In this document: positions 10,767 to 22,740 of the stretch, piece by piece | Layout: each line of letters opens with the position of its first letter | Numbering within the stretch: position 1 is the first letter of the stretch | Source: Callorhinchus milii | Lineage: Eukaryota | Length of the DNA: 54,971 bases | Reading direction: 5' to 3' | Assembly: GCF_018977255.1 (NCBI RefSeq) | Contig: NW_024705313.1 | Coordinates: forward strand, 1 to 54,971 | Position numbers and translations under genes: made by a program | Notes under the pieces: generated by a model | Seen by the model: only the letters and a program-made list of their open reading frames with translations | Told to the model about the DNA's origin: nothing | The model's database searches: none

Positions 10767-12121
10767 GTTGCAACATATTAAAGTGTGCGAAGAGACTGCA
10801 ATAGACTCTACAGTGAAGGGGGTGGCATTTCTACCCAGTTCACAAATAATTCCTTTATTTGTCACCAGGAGGCGTGCTAGTTGCGTGACAGTGGTGAGAG
10901 CATTGTAAAGTTCAACAAGGAACCCAGAGGGCTTCATTGTGGAAGTAGTGGAGAAACTTTTGAGCGTGCTGGTGGTGCAATTACACGGGGGTCCATGGGC
11001 CCAAAGGGGCCAAACACCGAGCTATAAATAGGGGGGAAAGGTGGAAAGGGGTCCCCATTTAATTCCTTGTTACAGGTCCACATGCCAACCACACTAACGC
11101 CACTGGCGTGTGGCTCTGTTAGTTGTATGAGGTCTTCATCACGCTAAGCGAGTTTGGTCATAACGTGGGCTGGCAATGCAGGCAATGGAGTTAAATGCCA
11201 TACAGTTTTAATATGAAGTGTATAGGTTTCAGGCCGCAGTATAGTGGTTGTAGGTGATGTTACATCACATGCGATAAGCACGGTTGGCTACGGTGCAAAA
11301 TAAGTTCAACATACATTAAGAGGAAAAAGTGTAACTTTACATTCTGGAACAGCAGAAACCAGTAAGATTGTATAGAATGTCTATTGTAACGCTCTCGTAT
11401 TTTATCAAGTATACTCGGTTAAAGAATACAGGATTGCACGATTTGTAGCATTAATAAATAGTGGGTAGACTTGCATGTGCTTTTAAAACTTTTTTTTTAT
11501 CTCAATTACTTTCTGATATTTCCATTGGCGTCCATTTAATGAAACAAAACGTGTACATTTCTGAAGTGGCTGTGGTTAGGATGCGGCTTATTTATTACAA
11601 CGGTTTGTATTCAGTATCAATGTACAGATACGTGCAGTACTTTCTGTACAATAACATCGCACAACCCCAGTAAAGTGTGTCTACGTTTGTTATTCTAAAA
11701 GATCTTAATACCTGCTCCATAAGTCGCATTCCTCAGATAAAACTCGCTACACCCTGTGCTCCACCTTTTGTCAACCTATGTCCCAAATCATGCAGCGGTC
11801 TTGATTTCTCTTTCAGCTGCAGCTAACCATCTCGCTCTATCTCTCTCTTAAGCTCCCCAATTCATACACAACTGTAGCCTCTCTTTCTCTCTGCCCATAT
11901 TATCTTTCCTCTCCCGACTCTGCCTTCCAGAGTTGTTGTAGCCTTTGCCTGTGTAGCCAGTATGGGCTTAACGGAATAAATCACACCCCGAATTGTCCAT
12001 AATATAGTTTTTTTTGGGGGTTAGATCTCGTAAATATAAATGTGTCGTTAAACTCGCCAAAGTTGAACAAAAACAACAAGATGGCATCGTTAACATCGTG
12101 GTACTTGTTGAATTTTAAATA

Positions 12122-12362
12122 CAGGATGCTTCAAGAAAAATGTTAACACTTCTGAGAATTTGCAATAAATGTGCCTCCGGGCTCTGGAGACCACCTGGAG
12201 AAGATTCCAGGCACGCGTTGACAACGATGGCGAACAAGTGGGACACTGTTTGACTTTTTGAAGCTATTAACATACATTTGTTATGTTACAGTGTATTATC
12301 CGTTCTTTTTCCATTAAAAACGATAGTCTTATATAAGTGTTCACATTTTTTGAAGCACCCTG
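12122..12362 (+). mobile_element. Tc1/mariner-derived MITE
   Basis: TA-caggatgcttcaagaaaaatgttaacactt ... aagtgttcacattttttgaagcaccctg TIRs. Internal ARVDNDGEQVGHCL* resembles a transposase C-terminus. Confidence 0.65.
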
Positions 12363-12597
12363 AATATACGAGTGCCAACACGCTGTCTAGTTTAATAAAG
12401 TCAAGTTAATTCAGTGGATATACAGTAATGGGAAGGTGATTAGAGTGCTATAGTGATAAAAATAGTTCATTTTGTGATGGTTGATTAAATTGAGTGATAT
12501 TTAGATATATTATTGTGGAAAAGAAACTCGCATATAATGGTCGCACGTCAGTGGTTGCTAGGAATTACATCAGCACTCCTGCTCCACCAGCCAATTA

Positions 12598-12891
12598 GGG
12601 GGCGCCACGGTGGCGAGACGTTAACTACCTCGCCTGGTGTACGGGAGGTCGTGGGTTTGATCCCAACACTGACGCCTGTATATTTGGAGTTTGCATGTTC
12701 TCTTCCCCGTGGTCGCATGCGTTCTTCTCCGGGTCCTCCGGCTTTCCCCTCCACAATTAGAAACATGCGTATCGAGTATTTGGCTCCTATAAATGTGCAC
12801 GTGGTAAGCCACTTCGTTGAGTTATCATTTGTGGCCAGGTCACTGCTGAAAAAGAGCTATATAGCTCAGTGGGCCTGACCTGGTAAAATAA
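12598..12891 (+). mobile_element. V-SINE-like tRNA-derived SINE with an L2-type 3' tail
   Basis: tRNA-like head (gggtttgatccc B box), V-domain-like ggagtttgcatgttctc..ccccgtg..ctccgggtcctccggctttcccctccaca, and tail caggtc..aaaagag..ctcagtgg..acctggtaaaataa. Second copy at 53228-53476. Confidence 0.7.
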
Positions 12892-12959
12892 GGGGCCGAA
12901 GGAGAATCCTGGCACGCAATTGCATGCTCAAAAGTGAAGGCGGGCTCTCGACTGAATCA

Positions 12960-13575
12960 CGCACCTGGGGGGGGGGTGGGGGTCAGATATTTGTGACGAT
13001 GGGGGGAAGGTTGAGAAATGTGACGTCACATGCGCAACTTTGAATAAATATAGACAACACGTTCTACTTAATTAAATTAACTTTTCAAACATTCCTGCGG
13101 AGGGAGCTGGTAGGAACGTTGGGTTGCTCTGTCAATGGCCAGGGTCAACGGCGGCGTGGTGCATTCCGCAAATATGGCCGACTGTGGGGCCGGCACAAGC
13201 CGGCGTGAGTAGGTTAAACGTTGAGTTGTATAAGGGCACCACGGGGTGACCATCCCCTCCCCACCCAGCCCCACCCTCCCACCCCCCACCCAGCCCCACC
13301 CTCCCCACCCAGCTCCTCCCCACCCTCCCCTCCCCACCCAGCCGCTCCCCACCCTCCGCAACCTCCCCTCTCCACCCAGCCCCACCCCTCCCATTTTTCG
13401 ATTCACGACGGACGGACACAATAATCCCCTGTGGCTGGTGTAACCAGGAGGTTCCTACCAGTATAAATGTTTTCTCCTAGAACATCAGAGTTCAGCGCCA
13501 CATTAAATACGCACTACAATGACAATAGTTTAAAGCGATTTGAAGGATGTTTTATATATTTGGGGGGGGGGGGTA
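12960..13575. repeat. Harbinger-like MITE remnant interrupted by the HINE copy
   Basis: 13472-13575 matches 52866-52950, and 12965-13030 resembles the tgtgacg/ggggggtc motifs of 52950-53050. Confidence 0.45.
13087..13467 (-). mobile_element. HINE/DINE-1-like Helentron derivative, copy 2
   Basis: Reverse complement of 1887-2220 with both subTIRs, the 3' stem-loop and a longer G/C tract; T-run flanks on -. Confidence 0.7.
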
Positions 13576-15379
13576 TGCGGCAGAGGATAATATAATCAAG
13601 CCGATGAACTTATTTTTATTTACAGAGCTGAAGCAAGTCAACTTATGTGAAAATTACATACTCTCCAATGGTTTAATGTGCAGCCATTGCGAGTGGGCTA
13701 ATGCAATCGGTTCGTTACACACGACACCCTGGTTAAATCATGGATGTCTGCCCTGGCTCAGGATATTATTTTACACAAAGGTTTTGAAAAGTAAAACAAC
13801 ATCATACAAAGTAGATACTTTGTTACTCATAAACATACGGTAATATTACGACAGTATTAGTTGAGGCATGAATATTTAAACTACGGTACTTTATAGTATC
13901 AAAAGCATTTTCAAAACAATGTTCCGCTAGAAATGATGGATCATTTAGGGACAACTCATTTTCCACAGTTAATGCAGGCAAATATCGGTCGTGAATGTAT
14001 TACTTATCTTGTAAATTATGCTAGTGCAAGACATTTATGAAATGATTGTTCATACAAGATTATCTATTCCTTATTTTAGTAAATTGTCACTGCAAGACAA
14101 TGTTTTTTTGGGGGAACGGAAATAACACGGTCATGGTTTATTAAATACAGTACACCTGACATTTTTTAAACAAGCTTTTCCAACCAGTTTTAACCGTCAG
14201 AGCATTTTTTGGGCTAAACAGGAGCAGCAGTGAAGAAGCAGGGCCAATAAAGGACCTTCCCATCATTTGAGTTGCACTAAAAGCAGCGTCAAAGGTGCTG
14301 CCTTGCAATGATTCTCCCGCAGAGACAGCCGACTTCACGCTGACAGGGATATTAGGGTTACCATGGGGAGGAGGCGGCATGCTGGGCACAAAAGGGAGTA
14401 GGCGTCCCTCTTGCGCGCGAGCAGAACAATGTCCCAGCCGCCGGAATGTGGCACATAATGGTCCCAAACTTCCCATGCTTGCCAAAGCTGCACGGGAGGT
14501 GGCTCTGGCCTGCGTTTGTAATCAAGCCCTAAATCACTTGATGCTTCCCATGCCATTTGCCTTTGGCGGTTTTAAAATAAAACACAACTGAGACGACAGC
14601 ACCGTATTCATAGCTTTTTTTTTATTATGGTAAAGTAATAAAAGTGTTTAATTTTCAATGAACAAAAGTACTACAGAAAACATTGAATGTGAAAATTTGC
14701 GTTAAAATTGGCTTAAGTAGCATCTTACAATTAAGGAGTGTACATGCATATGAAACATCTAAATAAAGAGGCAAGCACTTCAAAACATGATAGCTGCTTA
14801 TTTTAAATTCCAATTTTCCAGGCAGACCTCGCTTAGTGCTCAAGATCCGTTCCTGGAGAAGTGGGCGCTACTTTAATGTACTTCTTGACATCGTTTTTTT
14901 TTTTTAGAAATATAGGAGCTTAATTGGAGTGTTGATGATATCGCTAATAGAGATGGTTAACATTTTATAAATAAAATAATACTTTATGACAATAATATGA
15001 GTAGTATGAACAGTACTCATGAGTGAATTCTACAGTAATCCTACAAGGCAGCAGTGGGAAATGAGTTTGGCGGACCGACTGCACTCCCAATCCAGCGAAG
15101 AGCTCCAGGACCTCTGTGATCTTAGTGATGCCCTCAGTCTAAATTTAGTTTGGCGAGGTTTCTTTTAGGTGGAGCCCAAGACTATCCTTGTCTCGTGAGT
15201 TCTCATCTGGCTAAACAAATCGATGTTTTTGAAATGTCATCGTGAATACGATCGCGATAATTTAATCGTGGGGGTGGGATCTGGTTGGCTCGGCTTACGT
15301 TGTCCATTGGCTGAGCGAACGATGGCAGAGGATACGTTTCCTTGGCCAGGGCTGCTGCATAGTCTCAATCGTAGGTGCT

Positions 15380-15675
15380 GCTCTATATAAGAACGGGAGA
15401 CACAGCAGAGCCTCACCATTCTGGCGAATTGCCCGATGATGTTGGATGCAATTACCAGCGAAACGTCGTACTCAAATTGTAAATGTTGTGGTTTCACGCT
15501 TCAACACACCGGTGGGCTAAAGCAGTGAACTATTTGTCTTTTGTCAACGTGACACTTTTTTACTGATTGGCCGTGTCGGGTGGTGGAGGGTTACGACACA
15601 TTTATAAATAACGCGATCTAAACCCAAAAACGTTGATTATGAATAACATTGGTCGCGAAAGCCTACGTGTTAAAC
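15380..15675 (+). mobile_element. Penelope family P2 terminal repeat with a variant hammerhead core (15433-15467)
   Basis: CCGATGA-t-gttgg-atgcaatta-ccagc-GAAAC-GTC followed by the P2 tail to cgcgaaagcctacgtgttaaa; same sequence as 25797-26095 (-). Confidence 0.75.
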
Positions 15676-16054
15676 TGTTAAGAAAGTTTGATTACAATTT
15701 TTTGAGTAAATTTTTTTATCCACGACAAAGAGTGCTATAACGAATCAGCGTTCTATGGGGTCACACTAAGCGAGATCTTCCTTTACTCTCAACAGCAAGT
15801 GATGGATATTGCGTTAAAAATATAGCTACCCTTAAATAAAATATGCACTTTGGATATTTCTGTAGGTAATGCAGCTGCCAAAAATCTCAAAGCCACAAAT
15901 CTCACGCATTGCAATAATGTGTAATTTTATGAGTATTTCTATATATTTGAAACATATTGGTCATTCAAAATATCTCTGTGTAATTACACTCACGAGGCAA
16001 AAGGAAACCGCTTTCCCATGAGACTGCGAGGCCTCACGACGTGCTCCCAATTCC

Positions 16055-19000
16055 CTAGTGCTTTGATGCAGTCGAGAGCGCGTCTTCGCTTTTGAGCATG
16101 CCATTGCGTGCCAGGATGCTCCTTCGCTTTCTCTCGTTCAACGTGCTCGTGAATATGATATCTGTCCATGCAGTGGGCAGGTTCCTCAGCAGGAACACAA
16201 TGACTCTCTCGATAAACGAGCACACCAGGTAGCACGTGTCAGGTTTGCCAGCTGTCAGTGCCTCCACGATTGCGTCAATCACCAGGCCAGGTTCTTGCAC
16301 TCGATTTTGCGGAAGGACTGCGATGCTTTCATGTAGGTGTCAATGTACTCCGTGGTGAACTGTGTCTTCTGGCTCTCGGTGAGGCTCCTGTAAAAATGCT
16401 CTTGGTGTCCTGGTTCTGCATGATATTTGTGTGGGAAATGAAGGTTCCTGGCTCTATGAGTACAACCTGTTGATAAAAAAAAACGTAATATTAATATCAC
16501 AGTTACATTGTTTATTCTGCTGGGATACTCTGATGCGCTTTTAGTCTTGAGATGCAGTCGCATTTGATATGCTTCATGAACTCAAATTGGAATTAAAAGT
16601 TGTTGACCATGAGAAGAACTTGCTGGGAACTTGTTGTGCATTATCTTGTTTAGTGGTACAATGTAGCTTCTAAATAAGTATGTGCTTTGAAGATAAGATC
16701 ACATTTCGTTGTTTGTGGTGTCTGCATGTTCCTGGACATTTGCCTGTATGAACAGCATTTTGTTCATGATGATAAATAGCCACTGAGCTATGATAATCTG
16801 TTCATAGTTATTAACTGTTGTTTTTTGTGCACAACTGAAATAACTTAAACCTCAAGGCTATTTTGTACAAAAAATACAATAATTCAAATTATACACCATG
16901 TACAAAAATACAAACAATAGTATTTTGATTGATAGATTTATCTCGATCAATTTAAATACTGCTGTGTGTACTTTCAGTGCTTGGCCATCCTCTTGTTGGA
17001 TCATTCCACGTAGATTCTGGCTCAGGCTTGTTTAAAATAAGGTAAGTTACATTTATAGAAATATACCTCACACGATGGCTTGTGTACAAAGACACACGGA
17101 GAATCCTGCAGTTGATGGGACTGAAGCTACATTTGTAAAGGGCACAGAATAAATGCTGTGAATGGTCTTTAAATGCCATTTCTTTACCTTCACGTCCCAC
17201 TTTTTCATTTCTACGCGCAGGCAGTTGGAGAAAGCATCCACGCCACTCTTGGTAACACAGTAGGCACTGTTGAAAGATGTGTGGAGATGGGCCGATATGC
17301 TGGACATGTTCACGATCCGTCCTACATCAAACACGAGGCAAGAATGCAGATAATTAAACGACGGATAAGACAACAATTCCATTTGGACAAATATAAACAT
17401 TTACTCATCCTTGTATTTTTTACTAATATTTGTTAACATTCCTGTACCTGATGACGATTGCTTGTGTTGCGATCGTTGTAGTTTTTTGTTATATTTTTTG
17501 TTCTACGTGACTTTACCGAAAGACCCAAATAATAGAAGTATTCCAGTTAAGTCTTGATTTTAAGCTTTCGTGACTGCAGGAATCTACCTGATGATGGCGC
17601 TTGTGTTGCGCCCAAAATGTCGTGATTTAATTTATTTTATAACTACGTGACGTTGCCGAAAGAACCAAAGAGTAGAAGGATTCCAGTTAAGGTTTAAGGT
17701 TAAGGTTTTACTGCTCAGTGTTGTCCATTCACTTTGGTGAAATTAATCATTTGTATCCTAATTCCTGATACTTTTAGATCAACCATGAATTTGGTGGAAC
17801 AGGCAGTAAATTACAATGATTTACACCAGCGGTTCTCAAACGATGGATTACGATCCACAACAGGTTGATCACAGAACAAAATAGTGAAACGTAAACATTG
17901 TTAAAAAAAATGTATAATGGCACTAAATATTTTTCATCTGAACAACAAGATGGATATAACGACTAGTCTTGCATTAATTTTTAATAAATTACAACAATGC
18001 AGTCCCCCACTCGTGCGTAAAATGGTCTGGACCAGAAAGCTAAAACGTGGTAAAACTGGAGGTCACTTTATCCATGCTCGCCAGTCATGCTAGTGGTGTG
18101 AATTCCAGTGCTTCTCAACATTTTTCACTCCACGGCACACACTTTTTTCCCAATTTCTTTTTAAAAATGTTACCACTTGAGGCCAACTCACCTATATTGC
18201 TATTTTTCAGAAGAAACCTGACCACAAATGGCACCAAAATCCGTGACGAGAATTTACCCAACTCTGCGAATGTCTGTCTCTGTGCGTATCTCTGTGTCTG
18301 TGTTGGCATGCTGTGCTACGAAACCAGAGGCCCGATTTCGATGCCCGCTCAATGCCACCACCAGCGACGATTATCTGAACCGGTCCTGGGAATCCCCTGA
18401 ATAGACTCAACCTCAAATGAGTACCTGGTGCGGTGTGTACACATTGCTACTAGGAATACAAAGGTGGTTGGCGTGGTGCTGTCCACTCCCTCGTGCGCTG
18501 TTCCGGCCTTCATAGGTGCTCGCTATCAATACTGCCCAAACGTGTGGTAAGGCCATTTGAAGTATCCTTGTATTTGTGTGTTTCCATGTCTGAGTGTTTA
18601 TTTGCATCTCTGTTTCCTTGTCTCTGTGTGAATGTATTTGTATCTGTTAGTGTATTTGTCTTTGTGTGTGAGCTGCACTGTAAAACCATAACCCTGTGTA
18701 ATAAAATAATTACTGCAATGCCATCAACCTGCGTGCTGTGCCGTAACACCCCAATCCAAGGTAGGCTCCTCTGATACTTACCTTTGTTAAGTTCTAACAA
18801 AGAAGGAGTGTGTGCTCACCTTTGCTGGCCTTTACGAGTGGCAGGAAGGCCATCGTTGTGCGGATGGTGCCCCACAGGTTCACGTTGGCCACTCGCTGGT
18901 ACGTGTTCATGTTGCACATCTCCACCTCACCCAGATGTGTGATGCCCGCGTTGTTCACCACAGCCCACAGGTCTGAGTAATTGAAGAATAAATGGTATGA

Positions 19001-21794
19001 AGCAGCAAAAGGTACGTTTGCTGTCCACTGTTTGTTTTGTTCTGCCTCATCGTTAAAAATGGGAAGTTGACTATTTTTCAAGATACTCAGTTTATATAGT
19101 GTTGCTGCTGTATTATTTAATAGGCTTACCCATATAATAATAATCATGATGTACATTCCTCTGTAAATGCAATGAGGGATGAAGACCTTCCTCCGTGATG
19201 CCAGTCACGGGGTTGTTTGAACAATATTCACCACGCGAGTCGGTGTGGCTTGGTGAGTTGGCGAAGGGGTCGAATATCCAGATCGCCGTTGATGTTAACT
19301 GGCCAGGGAGTGAATTCTGGGAGAAGTGGGAATAAGGAGAGCCAGGGTGAGAGGTGCGAGATAGGGGAAAGGGAGGTGGGTGAGATACAGTGGAGGGACG
19401 AGGGAATATAAGAGGGAGGGATAACATTGTGGAAAGGGGAATAGAAAAAACAGACACATTTTTATGAATTTAGATTTCCAGTACAGAGAAGGCAAGAGAA
19501 GGAAGAAAAGGTGGAGAGAGGCAGGGCTCTATATAAGATAAAATGTTTGCTGGCTGGCTGGGAGGAACGGTTATTTAGACTTCAAACTAAATTCTAAGAG
19601 AAAGACAAGCTGCGAGAATACATTTTCAGGATTATTTCGAAGCCTCACTTGATTTTGAACAAATTCTAGGTGGCTGCAGGACAAATGTCAGGTGTGGTTG
19701 ATGAGGAAACATCTGAGAAAAGTTGATAGGATTAGTCCTTCACTTTTTGCTGGAATTTAATGGGCTGAATTTCTAGAAATTGACGGAATTGTGTAGCTTT
19801 TGCCCTTACGAATGTTTAACAATTCTAATCAAATACATCAGTGTTGCACACTAGATATTCAGAAGTAATTTATTACATGATTTTTCTGGATAAAGTGCCT
19901 TGTGCTCTAGTGGTAGTGGGTTTTTTTTGCGTACTGCATTTTTGTGTGCTTAGTGTGTTGTCCTTCCCCCGCACCCGGATTAGCACGGTTGGCTACGTAC
20001 GGTGAGAAATAATTTCAAACATACGGCGGGACCCCGGGGCCCTGAATAAACGGAAGTCAAAATCGTAATGAATTAATTTATTTTTGGCGACTCCGTCCCA
20101 CCTCGCACATAAACGCCGCGTCCCACCTGGCACGGATTATTCTGTTGTCATGTCGTGTCCAAGCGCAGCGGCGAGGACGAATGCGCAGAAGAGCTGAACA
20201 AGCGAATGCACTCCATGCTCGGGTATGGGCAGGATCATAAGTCTTATCCAAAGCTGCTCAAACTGCCTACACGACTTATCTTCATTATTATTTGTGACCT
20301 ACCAATGTCTGCAACCAGGATCAATCGATGACAATCCTATTACCTGCAGATATTTAACAGATGAGATTCGTTGCACCGTTAATTCCTCCTGTTTGATAAC
20401 CTTGTCCGCATCTGTGCAGATAGGTTTTTTTTGCGGTTTAAGCCATAGTCCCCACATACCGCTCGTATCAATGCGGATAAGAGGAACGGCGACCCACTAC
20501 TCTGTAGAGTAACATTGTATAAACGCTTGTTACAATATGAACCGCGCATTGAAAACGCGTACTATTTTATGTACTGTTACAAAGTGTGTTTTTTTCGAAG
20601 TGTATTTAAATAGAGGTACTGCAGGTAAGTAGTTTTCAGTTTTAAAGGCATAGTTTAACAAGATCACTTTCCACCATCCTTCAAACCCATTGGTGAAAAA
20701 GAGCAAAGTTTTTGTTTACTTAATCATAATATAAAGCACGGGGCTTAGGGCGTGCTGCCTGGCAATTTTTTTTCGACAAAACCCCCACCGTTTTAGAGCC
20801 AAATCCCTCGCAAGCGCGCGTGCGCAGAGACTTTTATATATAAGAAGATGTTTACGCGAGAGCCGGGGGCTTATGGGACCTCGGGGTCCCGCCATAAGGT
20901 TCATATGATCACTACGTTTATTAACATGCAATTTGTATGTAATTTGAAAACAATGCATCCATGGACTTCCAAATTTCCTGATGAAACGTTTACGTGCAGT
21001 GCAAAATAAGTTCAACATACACACATTATGCTGACAATCACTATTCATCATCCTAGCAGCATTCTGAAAAATATTGAACGATAAATTAATCCCCGAGATA
21101 CGTGCAATATATTGCTACCCAACCGTTATTGCTCGTGGTAATATAAAAACATTATTTGTAGGCGTATGTATATGCATCATGGAACAGAACAAATTGTAGC
21201 TGGAAACTGATAATTGGTTGTCAAATGTTATTGTTCAATATTAAATTTAATGTCCTACAAACCTTTCATCTGCATGCGGTCCTAAAACTTTTAAAGCACT
21301 TTGGTTTTATTTGCACTTTTACACAGCAAAAAGGGTCAAAATATGCACGCAACTTATCACGCGCTCTGTAGCATCCTGTCCACCCGCGCGGCCACATCTC
21401 ACCTGCCTGCCGACCCATGCGGGTGACGGCTGCATGTGCCTCCTGCACCTGCTCGTCGCTCGTGACATCAAAGGGCAGGACGCGCAGGCGGTCGCTGCTC
21501 TTGCTCGCGAGCTCGCGGGCCCCTTCTCCGTGTGGCTGCAGGCAGCCGGCCAGCACCCGGACTCCCATGCCGTCCAGACGCCTCGCCAGCTCGAAGCCGA
21601 AGCCGCTGTCGCACCCGTGATGAGCACCGTCCGGCCGCGCAGGGAGACGCGGGGAGCGCGGGTGAGGACCCAGGAGTTCACCACAAGCACGACCACGGCA
21701 CCGCTCAGCGCCAGCAGCAGACCACTGATGCACCCACAAACGGCAGCTACTGCCACAAAGAGGGTCAGGCACACTAAGGCACTGGTTATCCCAT
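16055..21794 (-). CDS. SDR9C family BDH1-like dehydrogenase, paralogue B; exons 21794-21403, 18972-18820, 17321-17188, 16466-16055
   Basis: Same intron positions and internal exon sizes (153 and 134 bp) as paralogue A. Motifs TG(C)[33 protein letters not shown]. Frameshifts near 21791, 21614, 16392-16396 and ~16290; no in-frame nonsense substitutions seen. Could be a young pseudogene if the indels are real. Confidence 0.85.
17448..17690 (+). mobile_element. Two adjacent Penelope P1 terminal repeats with decayed hammerhead cores
   Basis: ctgatga..ttgtgttgcg..ctacgtgac..ccgaaaga occurs twice. The second unit is preceded by an inverted tail and flanked by agaag(t/g)attccagttaa duplications. Confidence 0.75.
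19930..20024 (+). repeat. 3' tail of the L2-like LINE family seen at 22410-22740
   Basis: tgtgcttagt..cccgcacc..gattagcacggttggctacgtacggtgagaaa..acatac; shorter tails at ~9700-9724, 11276-11315 and 20990-21022. Confidence 0.6.
20024..20900. mobile_element. TIR DNA-transposon derivative (possibly piggyBac-like)
   Basis: ggcgggaccccggggccc at the left end and gggacctcggggtcccgccataagg at the right end are inverted repeats; the left end abuts an L2 tail. Confidence 0.5.
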
Positions 21795-22409
21795 AGCGCC
21801 TCTCTTGTGACGAACCAAGTCAAAGCGAGCCGTCCTTGAGGTGCTAAATTGTGAAACTTGCACAGGCTGGGCCACTTACGGTTTTATTGACTGACGGCAA
21901 TTTCAATACGTGGATTCTACCAAGCATCAATTCAGTGAGAGGGGTGTTTTTCGCTCAAGGGTTTCTACCCTCTTCAATTAAGCCACCAGTAAAGTCAGCA
22001 GAGGGCAGAAGACGACACTTGAGCCAGAGACCACTACACAGCAGCACTGTGTCCTGCCGACACATACTGGAATGTAGATGAATGTTAAGTGTTAAATAAG
22101 CATACTAAATCAGCGCTGTATTCATGCTCTCTTTCAAGGGAGAACGAGACTAATTAGAAGTGTGCTCTCCATTGTGCTGAAATTTGAACTCTTTTTTTAT
22201 TTGTCAACAACAAATTGTACAACTATTTTTTGTTTCAAACATAGTACACCACGGGATTTATACTCTTCTTCAATAAATGTGTCAGCAGGAAGTAGAGTCA
22301 AACAATTTCTTAAGTGCCGCATTAGGAAACACTATCGCGAATTAGTATTTAATTTTGAAAACAATGGATGCATTGTTTTCAAAATTACAGACAAATGGCA
22401 TGTTAATCA

Positions 22410-22740
22410 AGTATGTGATCATGTATGTGATCATGTATGTGATCATGTATGTGATCATGTATGTATGTATGTTGAACTTTTTTCTCACCGTACGTAGCCA
22501 ACCGTGCCTAATCGGAGGTGCGGGTGATGGGCCACAAACTAAGCACAAAAAGCAGTTCTAAATAAATTAGTTTTTAATCTAGATTTAAAAGTGCATAGCT
22601 CTACTGGCTTCCTAATATGGAACGGAAGAGCGTTCCAGACGGCCGAAAAAAATCTCATCTGAAAGTGCGCGATGCAGTGACCGTCTTTGTGTGATGGCCA
22701 GTCAAAAGCCGCTGCGAGGGTGATCAGTTTACAGGTCACT
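22410..22740 (-). mobile_element. L2-clade LINE 3' fragment with a (CATA)n / 12-bp tandem tail
   Basis: Minus-strand translation ends WNALPFHIRKPVELCTFKSRLKTNLFRTAFCA*, typical of an L2 ORF2 end. The 3' UTR is followed by about four ATGTGATCATGT units at 22412-22470. Confidence 0.7.

Noticed and set aside
14295..14591. PKLPMLAKAAREV resembling a hAT dimerisation domain
   Set aside because: Too short, and I found no other transposase motifs or matching TIRs
19967..22525. Inverted repeats flanking SDR-B exon 1, suggesting a Pack-type transposon
   Set aside because: The homology extends into an L2 ORF2 C-terminus; these are two oppositely oriented LINE 3' tails, not TIRs
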